Shown piece after piece: positions 38,691 to 52,975 of a stretch of 64,000 nt of DNA (its first letter is position 1; each line of letters opens with the position of its first letter). Position numbers and translations under genes: made by a program. Under the pieces are notes generated by a model that saw only the letters and a list, made by a program, of their open reading frames with translations, was not told the origin of the DNA and did not search any database. Origin of the DNA: Rotaria socialis. Its lineage: Eukaryota. Where the stretch lies: NCBI GenBank assembly GCA_905331295.1, contig CAJNYD010000223.1:1-64000 (forward strand), in the 5' to 3' direction.

Positions 38691-41600
38691 TTAATCTGCA
38701 GTAGCTGTTTCATCTTCTTCTTTGATTGTATCGCTTTTATTACGTTGAATAAGACCGTATTTCAAACATACTCCAACAATATCGGAAGCAATTTTACGAT
38801 TCTAAAATAAAAGAAAAGAAATCTCATTTTACATAATCAACTGGAAGTTTAATAATTCTATTCTTTAAAATTAAAAGATATATCATTAACGTTATTTTTT
38901 CCAAATTGTCATGCTTTGCTGCTCACAGCAATCAAAGTCGAGTATGAAACGTCCTAATTATAACCGTATCATAATTGAAATCATTTTTATTTGCCAGAAA
39001 ATATACAAAGTTACTATATATTTAGCCTTGATTTACTGTAATTCGAAACGAAGAACACTTCGAAAAAAACCGTGAACCATATCAACATAAAAGGAAGAAA
39101 AAATACGTAAATATGTATTTTAAATGCATTCTTTCTGTACCTTAGGAGACTAGAAGAAACAAATTACGAAATAGGTCTAACTCATACACTAAAACATTAC
39201 CTCCAATGGTGCCAGTCTTCAAACCGGTTTATGAAAAATATTGAAAAAACCCTTCGTGTTCACAAACTAAAGAAATCTCGTTCAGTAGATCAAATAATTC
39301 TGATGATTATTAGAAGTGAAAGAAATAGCTAGGCTGTACTAATGTGCCAGTGTACTAATACTTAAGAGATGACTAGATTTAAAATGAAAACTGGTTAGAA
39401 TCGATAATTTAAACATACCTTTTCATTGACTAGTCGATCATCTTTTATTTCTTGAATAGCAAATAGAACGTCCATTAATTCAGTTTCTACAACACGTACT
39501 GCAAGTTCTTTATCAGCTTTCACTATATTGCGAACTATATAAAGAGCTCGAAACTGTAAATCAAGATTGTTACAAGCACATAATTGTTTAAAAATTTCAA
39601 AAAATGCTTTAACCTAAAAAGAAGACAAAACATAAAATTATTCTTCAAAAAAAAAAAAAAATACAAACATCAAGCATTTTGTTACAAATAACTCGATTTT
39701 CTTTAATTAAATCATTCAAACGTTGACGTTCTTCTGCTTCTAAATTTAAATCTTTTATGTGTTCAATATCAGCTTGTAACGATGATAGAACAGCTAATGT
39801 TCCCATAGCTGCTTTTATTAACGATTCATCGTCGCCACCACAATAGAGCACTAACAATTTAATGCGATCGTTCTCACCAGTAAAATTTTTCATAACCTTG
39901 TGGAGAAAAACAAATTAGAATGATCAAGTTAAAACAATCATCAATTGATTTACTTCTTCTTGAATCACTAAATTACACATACATTCCGTTGCAGCTCGTC
40001 GTAACATTGGATGTTCTTCAAACATATATTGTTCTATACTTGAAAATCCACCTTCTTTCAAAATGCGTTTTCTAACACTTTCACCAATACTGGCTAAATT
40101 TGTTACAGCCATCAAAGCTTCAAAATTTTCTAATGCAGTATGTTCGATTCGTAAAAGTTTTATTATTGGTCGAACAAGTTCAAGCATCTGAAACGTAAGA
40201 TTATGTTTCGAATAAAAATCGATTCTAATGAATGACATACTCGTTGACCAGGAAAAGCAATTTCCGGATTTGTTGTTATAGTTATTTTAGCTAAGGCTTG
40301 AGTTGCTTTTGTCATACCAACAGACGTTCCTTCGAGAGCAAGCGGAAGTAATGCCTAAAACAAAAATAAAGAACTTTTTAGAAAATGAATCAGTCTACAC
40401 ATTTTGACTTCTACAAAAAAAAGATAATATTGAGGAATAATTATTAAACGAAACAGAAGATCTAACTAACGAATTATAGGTACAAGTGCCCACTATATAA
40501 CTAATCTCTTACGAATTAAAAAAACTGTCTACTAGGAAACTTTCTTTGACATACTTTAGCTCCGCCACCAGCCACGATCGCTCCGCGATATTTTTCATTT
40601 TCACAAAGACCAAGAAATACTCTAAAAAAAAATAAATATACATAACTTACGAATTTCATTTGCATTCCTACCGAGCTATTTGTTCTCGACAATTTTCACT
40701 TTTATGTTTACATAATTGTACTAGAACGGGAATGATTCCAGCTTCGATTAATTTTCGTCGGCGTTCATTAAAAAATGCTTTTTCATCCTACATAAAATCA
40801 CATTGAATTCTATCCGCTATCTGTATTATTTAAATTTACTTTTGGGTGTTCTTTTGGTATATGTTGTTTAGCATAGGTAGCTAATTCCAACATTTCTTTG
40901 TCCGGCTTGTGTATATCATATGTATTGGTTAAATTAACGAGTATTGTCGTTATAGAATATAGAACATGTGCATCTGGACATTGACATAAAGTAAAAAGAG
41001 CTTTTAATGCTGCTAGATTATCTGCAAGTTCTTCTTTAACATCAGCATCCAGTGTTAGATAAGCTAGGCCATCGGCTGACCATCGACGAATATCAAAACT
41101 TTGACTCGTTATTAATAATCTAAGAAAACAAATAATAGTTCAATGCACGATGAATAAAATTCTTTTTTTTAATATACTTGCAACATGCACGGCCAAGTGT
41201 TTGACATGAACCTTCTGCGACAACATTTGTACTTGCATCAGTACCTTTACTTGATGCAATTTTTGATAAACCCTAAAACATTAAGTATAAAAACTAAGCA
41301 ACATTCTAGATTAAGTTCGCTACGTACCACAAGAGCAAGTACTCTAATATCTTCATTGGCTGATCGATAGAGATTTTTAAGAATATCTGCACCTTGCGCT
41401 AAAATACCAGCTGCTTTATCTTTTTTCGATGCTGATAAAACAATAGCTTCAACGGCAATACGCTAATTATATAAAAATGCAAGTTGAAATAGAATGAAAA
41501 TAAAGTTTATTGCTAAAATTACTTCTTGCAATGAATCATTGGAACCAGCCATTTGTATCATTAAATCTACTAAATTTTGATTACCTAAGATTGCATTACC

Positions 41601-43514
41601 GGTCTCAAAAGGACCTTGTAAAAGAACAGACAAGACAGATATTGTTCGTACTCGTGATGCGATATCATCCTTTTCACGTAATGCTCTAAAAAAATAATAG
41701 AGAATTTAATCAATCGATTTTTTAATCTATCTCCGACCAAATCAACTTACTTAACAAATTCGATACATTCATTATTGAATTCTTCGCGTTCTTTATCTGA
41801 ACATAAATCATTGTAGACAACGCTAAGTGCGCATGAGATGTACATTTTTGTTTGTTCTGTTATTGGATATGCTTTTTTATCATTATCAGGTAAGTTAGGC
41901 ACCGTTGCTGCTACTCGGAGTACTTTGGGTACACCTATTCAAATAGAAAAGGCAAAAGTTTAAATACAACAATGTTCAATACTTAACTTGTAATTAATAA
42001 AAACAATATTTCCTACTTATAGAATTCATTTCCCCTTCCTCCTGTGTCTGAATTTCAATTCAGAATGACTGCTTTTTAAACCCGCTTATAATAAATAATT
42101 ATTCGATTTTCCCCCGAATTTCTCATTAGTAAGTTCAATAAATACCTGAGACAATAAATTTACTAGTCCAATTACAACCATTTGCTCGGTCAACAAATTT
42201 CGCAACAAGATCAAGACAACAATCACGACCAATAGCTGGGCACGTTTTATCATCAATGAATTCAACGAGCATACGAAATATATTATTAATAAATTCAATT
42301 ACAGGTTGATCTAAAATTTCAAATTCCTGTTGAATTCTACCAAAAACAAGTCAAGAAAAAAAACCAATACCGAAGTTAAAAGGTACATTAATAGGTTTAC
42401 GAATTTTTCGACGATTTTCAAGATCACATATAGACATAATTATGTTATGAACTAAAATAGTTGTACATGCAGGAATCTCTGTATCATTCATTGCTAAACA
42501 ACGACCCATCAATGGAACACCAAGTTTATTGTAGACCAATTCAGCCTAGAGAAAAAAATACTTGCGATTAGCATCTGTTGTAATTCTGAATTTTTTTTTC
42601 TAATAAATTATGAAATTAGAAGAACGCAAAGAGTCGATTGTAAACTGAGATTTTCTTCCATATATAATTCTTACTCGTTTATATGAATTTTTGACAATTG
42701 AAGCCAATACTCTTACAGTGCCAAGAATAGTAATTCGTTCGTTTGCTTGAATACATTCTTTTATTTGTTGTAGATCAGAATCATAAGCAAGAATTCCTTC
42801 TGCACCAGAATCTTCACGTGAGATAACAAGAAGATTGTTCAATGCCTTAAAGATAATAATAACGAATTATTTGAAGAAAAATTTTGCGTATATTTATTTA
42901 CTGTTTCTTGATTTAAGTTTGTATTGATAGCTTCGAACATTTCTTGTATTTGAGATTTTATTTGTGTTCTTTGAGTATGCTTTAGAAAAAGAAGACGAGT
43001 TCAATTATTATTCTATTTCAGCTTTCATACTTTGTTTTCGGTACTATCACGTAATTTTCTTAGCAGACTATTTGTTTGTTCATCAGCTGCATTACCTTTC
43101 GGTGAGATTGATATTAAACGTTGTGCATCTGATATAGCTTCATTTAATCTTCCTAATCGTTCAAATGCACTCGAACGACGATATAAAGATTTTTCATCAG
43201 CAGGCGTATATTCAAGAGCTGGAGTTTTTAAATGACAAGAGAAAACAATGTATAAATTTAACGCTCCATTCTATTTTACCTCGTGTGGCATCTTCAATAG
43301 CTTCTTCATATTGATTTAAATGAATAAAACATTGTGCACGATTGCTGTAACATTTTGTGAAATCAGTTTTTGTTGTTTCAGATAATGGAAGATCAGCAAG
43401 AAGATTTATTGCGTCCGAATATCGATCAATTGCTTCTTGAAATTTGCCTTGTTTAAATACTTGATTACCTTGTTCGCGAAGTTCTCCGGGATTATTATTA
43501 GAAGACGAAGTCAT
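38691..43514 (-). CDS. unc-45: UNC-45 myosin co-chaperone (TPR plus UCS domain), multi-exon
   Basis: N-terminal TPR ([28 protein letters not shown]); UCS motifs [46 protein letters not shown]. Confidence 0.95.
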
Positions 43515-44830
43515 TACTTTTTATCTAAAATGAATGAAATATTCAATTCAATTGTAATTTTTAAAAGTATTTTATGATGCTCGAAAACTTTAATGAAAAC
43601 GCTTTTTATCGCCGACGAATTTCGAGCATTGTCCAGAGATAAAAAAAAAGAATATTGAATGTGAGTAGACTATGAAACGATAGAAAATAAATGTTCCATG
43701 ATCATAGAAATGAAAGCAGTAGAACAGATGAATCTAAGTGATGCCGTGGACGTGTCATAAAAATCTAGTGACTATCTATATCACCTACCTGGTTCAAAAA
43801 TCATAAAAGAAAAGTCATTTATTAATTTTTTTGTTTAAAGTTTGAAAATTATGACAAAAAATCGACTACAACCCTGAGTGAAATCCATTTTTATATGTCG
43901 ATTTGAGATTAACTAAATGAAATTTTATAAGACGTATCCCATGCTTAATCATATAAAATGATGACTAATCTTCACTCAAGATACCCTAGAGAGAGAGAAA
44001 GAACTGTTTCATGAAGAAAAGGAAGTTAAGAATACATGAAAATTTTTGAAGCAATAAATATGTTCACCTTTTGATAGTTTCAACTTTTCTCTTTATGAGA
44101 AGCATGCAGTGTTTAGCAAAAATTGACTTGTAAACCAATAAGAATATATTTGTTTGTTTCAAACATTTCTAAGGCGTTAATCTTTTTTTTTCCGCTTGTT
44201 TTATTTGTCATTTTGTTTGTCCGGTATACAAATAATGCTTGATTTCTTCATCGAGACGAGAAATATCACACATAATTTCGTATTCTTCCTTTTCAACAGA
44301 TATCGAATAATTTAAAATACGTGAAATAGATTTTCTATATTCTGATTCTCAACCATAGATATTCATTAAGGGGAGGGGAGGGGTCTTCTTTTTGATTCTT
44401 CAGTGGCTCGATGAGACGTGAAAAAGCAGAAAAATAAATTCTTACGGAAATACACTAAAGACTTTACATCTCTGCTGAAATTTGAGTCGAACAATCCTTA
44501 AAATAACCCAAATGAATGCTTAATGATCCTATTAATTCATTCTGGCTGCTTTTTTTGAACAACATTTTACTTCAAAAATAGTTAAACTGTATTAAAATCA
44601 AAATTTCCGCCATCTATCGCTTAAAATTAGCTTTACAATCCTTATAAATCAAACATAAATAGATTCTAAACTCAATTTCATTCAAAACTTACTATCAAAG
44701 GTGGCGGTTTAACCTAAGAATAAATAAATAAGTAAATAAAAATGAAAACAGGTGACCAATCAGAATGATTGATGTCAAATAAACACATCCATTGACTCGA
44801 TCGTTTATATCAAAACTTCAAATCATCATT

Positions 44831-45824
44831 ATGGCCACATCATTTACGTGTATCAATGATCTTATTCGTGAGTATTTTCAATATCGTAATTTAACATCAA
44901 CGTCACGTACATTCGATAATGAACTATCGAAATTACCTTTTGTACAATATCGTGCTGATCTTATTATTGAACGATTAACAATTCATATTCATCAATTTGA
45001 AATAAATAATTTAATCGATTATTGGACACAAATCGAACAGCATCTTTTATCAACACTAGTCATTGAATCTCAACGATTAATAGATGTATTTAAAAAAATT
45101 CGTATTAATCTCTATCGCTGTTATTTAATGCATGCAGTTCAATCATCAAAAATGGATAAAATAAATGAATTTTTTGAGCGTTTAACAAAATTTTTACAAC
45201 AAACAAACGAATGGACAAAAGAATGGTTTACATTGCCATTCATTAAAAATCCAGAAGAAAACTCAATATTTCAAGTTTATTTTTCTAAACAATGGAATGA
45301 ACTGTTTTGGACTTCATTACAAAATTTTTTATCTCTAGCTTTCTATCAGTAAGTCGTCCATAGAAAAAAATGATCTTTATTTCATTTGTCTGTGTAGTAT
45401 GTCTCAACCTTTAATGTGTTCTATGGATGAAGATAACTCTCAAACATTCACAGATTTAATCAACCTTCAATCGACAATACCAAAACCTTTAATACTATCA
45501 TCTAGTGTAAATATAAAATTTATAACAAAAACGAAATTGTCTTTTTCTATTGAATAGAATATGAATCCATCGAAGATTTCATTCGCTGAAACATTCGAAG
45601 ATGAACAATTATCTATGACTGAACAATTTCCTCAATCAAATGTAACAATATTTTCTAAATTACGAAGTAAATTTATGCCAACTATGAAACAAAATCAAGC
45701 TGCAACGTCTCAAAGTACCGATTGATTTTCTATGTTTTCATCAATAATGTGCCATTTTTTTTGTCCAGATCAACTACAATCGTTATTGACTTGTTCTACA
45801 ACAGATGATTCAATACGTTCATAA
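44831..45824 (+). CDS. WDR91: WDR91/SORF-1-like protein, N-terminal domain only, 4 exons
   Basis: DLIREYFQYR, DYWTQIE, EWFTLPF, YFSKQW, SLQNFLS match the WDR91 N-terminal domain; three further GT-AG exons splice in frame to TAA at 45822. Confidence 0.8.
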
Positions 45825-46407
45825 GTTTTATCATCCTCAAACAAATACGGATGTTTTCGCCTGATGAAGATGTACTCAACTAGCTCGAAAAAGCAATCCA
45901 ACTTCGATTTAGATACATCATTTTGATGAAGAACAAGACTATTATGTGGTTTATTAATAGTGAACAACACAAAATTAGTCAGTGACAACAAATAGATCTG
46001 ATCTTTTTATTTTTACTTTTGAATAAAAAACAAAGCAAATATTTATTTCATTACATTTTAAAACTTGAAATTTCCTAAATCGTCTGTCCATCTATTCTGT
46101 GAATGAACATCAATCTATCGAGTTAAGTGATAATAACAAGGATACGAAATCATTCAATGAAACGATTTTGTATTGAGTATCAGTTAACTATTAATAATTT
46201 CGTTTGATTTTATCGTGAGATATGGTAATTTAAATTTAAAAAAAAACTCTAGTCGTAAGGGACTACCCAGAATCATTTATTAACCATAGTTATGTTTCAG
46301 CACACCCAAACCGTATTATTGATTGACAATGTGCAATGTAATGATAGTTGATCTGGTCATTTTTGTTTTAAATAAGAAAGTTGACGAAGTTTTGGAATGC
46401 TATATAC

Positions 46408-46567
46408 CAGAGACGTGCACAGGACAAGATTTTTCGTCCTGTCATTACCTGTCCTGCTGGCTACTTTGGTCCTGGCGGGCGTCAGAGCAGGACAAAAATC
46501 GAAATCTCATCCTGTCCTCCAGGACAGGGCAGGACAGCAGGATCGCCCTGTCCTGTGCACGTCTCTG
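46408..46567. mobile_element. hAT-like MITE
   Basis: 18-bp TIR CAGAGACGTGCACAGGAC; flanks CTATATAC / CTATGCAC; CAGGAC/GTCCTG repeats. Confidence 0.8.
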
Positions 46568-47278
46568 CTATGCACTGTGTTCAGTCTCTATAGCTGATAT
46601 AGAAATGAATACTATAGCGAAGAGTAGACAGTTAAATACCAGCTCCTGAAGAACCATTGATTGTGATGTACATTCTTTCGAATTACATGAAACTATTAGT
46701 CTATTTTAATTAGCTTTGCATGATTTATTCAACAAATAAAGACCCACGATTCTCTGTGGACTTTTATCGTATAAATTAGATTGATTTTTGTTTCATAGAT
46801 AATTTAATGCCTCGAAATCTTCTCAGAATGTCCATTATAATTTGTGATCATTAGTCGATAAATCCTGTCAAACATAAAGATTTCAATTAATAGATCTGTT
46901 GACAAACAATACATGTAGAGATAATTTAAAAAATATGAATGATTTAGTCTTGCTTTTTAATGTGAATGGAATGGAACGAAACATAGAATGAAAGACAAGA
47001 AATATAAGAATGTTAAGAATGATAGCTATGTTTGAAGTGATAAGTCAATTGTTTGTTAATTAAATCTTCTTTTTTTAAAATGCATTGATTCGACATGGTC
47101 GATCGTCTAGAATCAAATAATTTAACATTAATTATACGAATAATATTCTTTGTTTTCGCTTTAGAAAAGGAGCAATGAGAATTCCACCTTTGCACTTTCT
47201 ACAAGACTCCGGAAAAACAAACGTCATAAAACTTTGATGGCTATCGAAATAATATATTTACTTGATTTAGAAATTGGA

Positions 47279-47979
47279 TCATTTAGTACTGGGACGAGTT
47301 GTTGCTAGAAAAATAAAAATATAATTTATTTTCATTCTTCAGCATTTAGAAAAACTTACTCCGAGTTGTTGGACGTTGAGTAGCTGATTTTGCTAATAAA
47401 AAGAAAACAGAATAGAAATTTTCAATTTCATTTATCTATTTACTTTTGGCTGCATCAGGATTTTGATTACTGAAACTTTCAACTCGTCGTGCGAGTTCAT
47501 CTTTAAGGTCCCAAACACGATTGGCTAAATCACGGCCAAGCACCACAGCTGTTTCACTTAAACGATTTAGATGTTTAGGTAAATCTTTAAAAACTTGTTC
47601 AACCATAACACCTTAAAAAAGAAAATTTTCTTCAAAAATTTTTCTTTAATATTCGCTATACCATATTCCTTGCCATAGGGTTGTTTAAAATGATGACCGA
47701 CTAAGTCAGGTAAGATCGTTGCTAAATAGATTAAAATAAAGTTTGTAAATTAAAATTGAATTTTTCTAACGTACCAACAACAACACCCGACACAAAAACA
47801 AATGTATAAACAAACATGGAACAACAAAATGAGCGTCCTTTTGGCTTGCTTGGAACTTTCTTTGCTGCTTGTTCATTCATATATGATTTCGCGTTTTTTG
47901 TGCCGTCTCTTGACTAGACACAAAGAAAAAATTATTAATATTTTTGCAGAAAAAAGATTTATGCGAAATTTCCTACCAT
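47279..47979 (-). CDS. Small single-TM protein, about 140 aa, 6 coding exons, absent from the ORF track
   Basis: ATG/GTAGG then in-frame GT-AG exons: M/SRDGTKNAK...RSFCCSMFVYTFVFVSGVVV/ATILPDLVG.../GVMVEQVFKDLPKHL.../TKSATQRPTTR/TTTRPSTK*. Confidence 0.7.
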
Positions 47980-50556
47980 GATGCTGTGATATGAATCGAT
48001 GAATAATAAAAATCTGAAATGTTCAACAAAGCAATATTAGGGCATCAAACTATCCAATACATTTCTTCTCTTTGTTTAACATTTACACGTAGGAGATTGA
48101 AAGTGAACTGAATTTTCAACGAGAATAAAATAGCGACACTTAAATCTATGGTTATTAATGATAACCAATAGAAGACAAAAACGACGAATGAATGCTCCTC
48201 CTCCCCGCTCGTCGTTTCTTGTACGTTATCGTTAATTTTTTTTATTTTTGGTTGCAATCGTTCTGATTCGATCTGCTACGTGTCAACCATGTTGCGTAGA
48301 TTTAATCTGTTATTTCAGCTGTAAAGCTGTTTTTAATTGAAATTTTTAATTTCGCATGAAAAAAAAATGAATTTTATTTTTTAAGGATATTTATTCGAAG
48401 AAGAAATTTGAAAAAAATCGTCTAATCCTCTTTTAAATAGCTCATAGAAAAAAAAATTTTTTTATCGCAAATAAATTTTCCCTAATCAGAAGTAGATGAA
48501 ACAGACGAAATGTTAAACAGAATAATTTTTCTTTCGAAAATGCACCTAAAATCAACTCTCTTCTTTATTCTCATTCTACCTGTTTACTGGTAAAACATGT
48601 TACATACAACACATTAGTTGCAATTTCTCTCTTACAATACTTGAAATGTAATTGTTCGCTGATCAAAATAAAGTGAAGATCTTGATCAAGTAGTTTCACC
48701 GTATTATTATCTTACATGGGGCATATTCTGCACCTTGAGACATTCACATCACTATGCTTCGTTCTTTTTGAAAACGTTTAGTTATAGTTGTATCATAATA
48801 TCAACACGTATCATTATGAATGATATGTGTGACATAAGTTGATCATAGGCAAGTAACAAAATATTAATTACTGGTCCTTTTCTTCATCTGTGACGCAAAA
48901 CTGCGTACGAGTGATCGATTTTTGGTTGATTGGACTTCATTTTTATAATTTTCAGGCGAATAACATTAAGCATGCGGAGAAGCCATTTCTGAGTTTGTTT
49001 TGTGAATAAAAAATCTCGACAAAATGCATAGTTTGAAAAGAATCAATTTATTTTAAATAGGCAGTTTACCTGGTTGGTAAGAAATTTACTTGTTCTATGC
49101 AAACGAGAGTAACCTGAAATGCTGCGTTGCGAAGAAATAAACTTCGGCAGTGAAGCAATTCTCTTTTCAGATTTCAATGACTCTATGTTTTGAATGATTC
49201 TATTGGTCTGAATCTCATTATTATAGATCATTCATCATCTATAATAACGTGGAAAAAAAACCGACAAAAATAAATCTTAAAGTAGACCAATGTATTGAAA
49301 GTTCGATTTGTTATTACCGATCAAAAGTGCAAAGATCAATTTTCAACTAGAAATTTCGTATGGTTGAAAACATCTGTTGATTAAACATCGATGATCAAGA
49401 ACTATTTGTTAAAATAGTTTATCTCGTTCTAGTTTTTGTTGCATTTGATGCTAGTATCAATGTGGATTCTCAAAATAAATAATTAAAACTTTATTAAAAT
49501 TTATTTTCTAAAATCATTTCAAATTAAAGTTATACTTTTTGAACGGGACGCGAAGCAAAGCATTTCATATAAGAGTACAACGTGAATACCATTTAGTTCG
49601 TTGCGAGTTTACTTTTGTATTACTTTTTCAACATCGTATTTTGCGACATGATTCTTTAACAATCGGGAAGTCGTACAACTTTCATATATTGTGCGGAAAT
49701 TCCATGTTCCCCTATGAAACTTTCCTTGTTCAAAAATTCGATATTATATTCAAATTGTTAGCAACAACGATTAAATTTAAAGCTAGGCTTAGTTTCATTT
49801 CGAGATAATGAAACAATAAGTTGATAAAAGTTACACTATACTTTTGTTTTGGTTTAGAGAAAAATTGTCAGATTTTACCCGTGTGATTCAAACCGCCGGT
49901 TGACTGTTCTAAAGGTCGAGCAGCAGAGGCCAATTCTCGTAGAGAAAACCTGAAATCTCCGGAACATAAAATCAGTACTCCGACCAGCATTTCTACCCGA
50001 ACCTGAGAATTGGAACTTGATGGACAGAAAATGTTGATTTATATAGTAATAATATTGAATGAGTTTTTTTTAAATTTTCGTTTGGTTTATTCAGAACACC
50101 GTAAACTTATATATAAAGAGTAAAATAGTATAATTCAATAAAAATAAATGTTTTTATTTATCATGGACTACTTGATGAAGTTGAATCCGATTAGAAGAAT
50201 TCATTTATAGCTTTAAGAATACCCTTAAATTCCGGGCCTCGATGGGCTCTAGCTGCATCACTGATATTCTTTCTATTCCCCTGTTCTATTTGTATAATCA
50301 TTCAGCTGGAAGTCTACAATGAATGAACAATCTAAGGAGAATACATTGGTTTCAAGTGTAAAACTCTTCATTTCTCACGACTAATAGATATACAAAAGTC
50401 CTTGATGAGTTAGTTAGCTACTTCTTAATGACTATGTTTAGTACCACCTTGCACCAGTAGGTAATAAATCGAAGGTAAATCCACATGCGTTGAAATTATT
50501 TGATAATACTATTTTTCTATATAAACAACTCGAGATATTAAACGGAATACCCTGTA

Positions 50557-51144
50557 CATAGATGGAACCGGTCCGGTCCGGGCGGAGATGTCAGACCGGC
50601 CGGTCAGCGCAATTTTTTAGTCATATTTCTATAGAACATCAAATATTTGGTCTGTAGATGACATAAAAAAGGACAGTTAAGGTTTTCATGTGGATAATAT
50701 AAAATTCTAATCTTAAATTGTAAATGATATTATACAAAATTTGTGTTATTTTAATTCTATAAGACTATGCAACTGCTGCATAGTCTAATAGAGTATGTGA
50801 AAGGCGACACTCTAATATTTGAAGTATGAGTTATACTTTCAAAACTACATTTATACTGTTTTCGACAATTCAAACTCAAAGGGGGAAAATCGTATTTCTG
50901 TATTTTCATATTTCTATCTATTTCGAAAGTATTTCTAAGTGTTTTTACGAATTTCTATGTATTTCCAATTTATTTTTACATATTACTGTATTTCTGAAAT
51001 ACATATACATACGTAGAAATACCGAAATTTGGTGGTCAAACTACATGAAAAGACCCGCCGGTTTTTTGCCAGTTTTAGCATTATTATAGGCCGGCCGGTA
51101 ACTGGCCGGTCCGGGCAGAAAAAACTCGACCGGTTCCATCTATG
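50557..51144. mobile_element. hAT-like MITE
   Basis: TIR CATAGATGGAACCGGTC, perfect 8-bp TSD ACCCTGTA, CCGGT subterminal repeats. Confidence 0.92.
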
Positions 51145-52975
51145 ACCCTGTATATTGTCTGACAATATGTAGTTTTCTGCTAAATATACAAGACACTAAA
51201 TCATTCTCTTTGTGTCCACGTCACATTAATATTTATTATAATTCAATGCACATAAAATTATATCTGCTCTCTAATTGCACATATGATTGATAGAACATAT
51301 GTTGTTTATAACATAGGGATTTGTTATTTGTCTCATAGGACTAGAAGTAAGTGTCTATCGATCAACATAAGGCGATGCTCATTTACTGCATTATCACAGT
51401 GTGCGGTATAACCATCTGAAAAAATAATATTGCGCCTCAAGACTTGTCAGCAGCGAACAAAAAATCGAACTTTCTTTTGGCCACATCAACGATATGTAAT
51501 TTCGTTTTCGAATTCACCATTTCCATGTTTATCTGCCAATAATTGAATACAACTAAACCCGTTATATATCTACCCACTGTGATATATTTGAAATTCTATT
51601 CGATTGCCATAAAATCGATACAAGAGTTAGTGTAATTAATTTCAATCTTGAATGAATAACATCCCAATGTTTACTTTTGCCTTTATAGAGGACATCATAT
51701 AAAATATAGCATAAAGTTATGTGATGTAAATCGATAATAGACAAGTTGCTAAAATGTTAATAGCTGATCGTTGCCCTTTTCTCATATAAGCAAGACAAGT
51801 ACCACACACTGGCTATTAATAATACTATTTATTTGCGTTTTATTTTTGATTTTTCAGGTAAATAGCGTTCAACACGTATGTAAAATATCAATTTTTTTTG
51901 TTTGTTAAGAAATACAAAAAACAATATTATGTTTAAGACATGACGTTCTAGTCCATGCGGGAATAGTTCATTTGTATCAGCCCGTAAACAGACGTAAGTA
52001 TACTGAAAAGCTTTTCTCTAATCACAAGAATAAAGGCAGCCCAAGTTTTGTAATAAACGGAATATTTTTATTTTATATTCAAAATTGGCAATTTCTGCAT
52101 TCTTTTATATATATATATATATTATGCTTGCAAAACAAGTAAATAGACTCAACTTCAACTATAAACAGATTTCTTTGTAGAATAGTCTAATGAAAAATAA
52201 CCCAATTGACTGATTGCATAGCAAAAATTGTAACTAATGATCGTAAGCACTGCCTCCTTTCCTGTCTCGGACTTAGCCAAGTACATTGGAAAAATTGCCA
52301 TGAAGTCGCGTAATGACTGAGCTAAGAAAATTGAAGGAAACCTATTTATGATAATTAAACATCTGGCAAAACATTCAGTGAAGAAAAGATTAGAATTTAA
52401 AGATTCGCAAGAAACCTCAATTATCAAAGTTTGAAAAACAAAATGAAATTTTTCTTCTGGAATAACTATCGATTGTATGTATCATTGCATCTTGTAACAC
52501 GTTCAGTTGTATATGAATTTTTGACATTTCCTTTTCTCGTAAATATCATAACGATCCCACTTGTTCTTTTCCATAAATATGGAAGACATCTACAATGGCA
52601 ATGTTTTGTCTCATCGACATTTATCAAAGGAAGCCAGCTGATACAATGCGCCACAAGCATTTGATTGCCGCATATATTTTTACTTGTTTACGACGAATAA
52701 CGATAGAGAAAGAACTCGTAAAAATGAACATGTGATATAATATCGTCATCTAGTTAGCATAGAAAACACATTCTGATATTTTTCTTGTTCTATACCAGTC
52801 GTTTATCGAAAGCAACGATACATCGCCGCCTTTATATTTATATTTTGTTGTCGCACTTTTTTTTCTTGGTGCTGCTGTTCTTATTCTTCGAGACCATTTC
52901 TCTGTTCGTGCCCACTAATTATCGTTCTTGATACACATAATCCTACCCTTGTAGTTCTATATATGTGTATGCATA

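Noticed and set aside
46323..46649. Overlapping ORFs here and at 36130-36462
   Set aside because: They arise from GC-richer MITE sequence.
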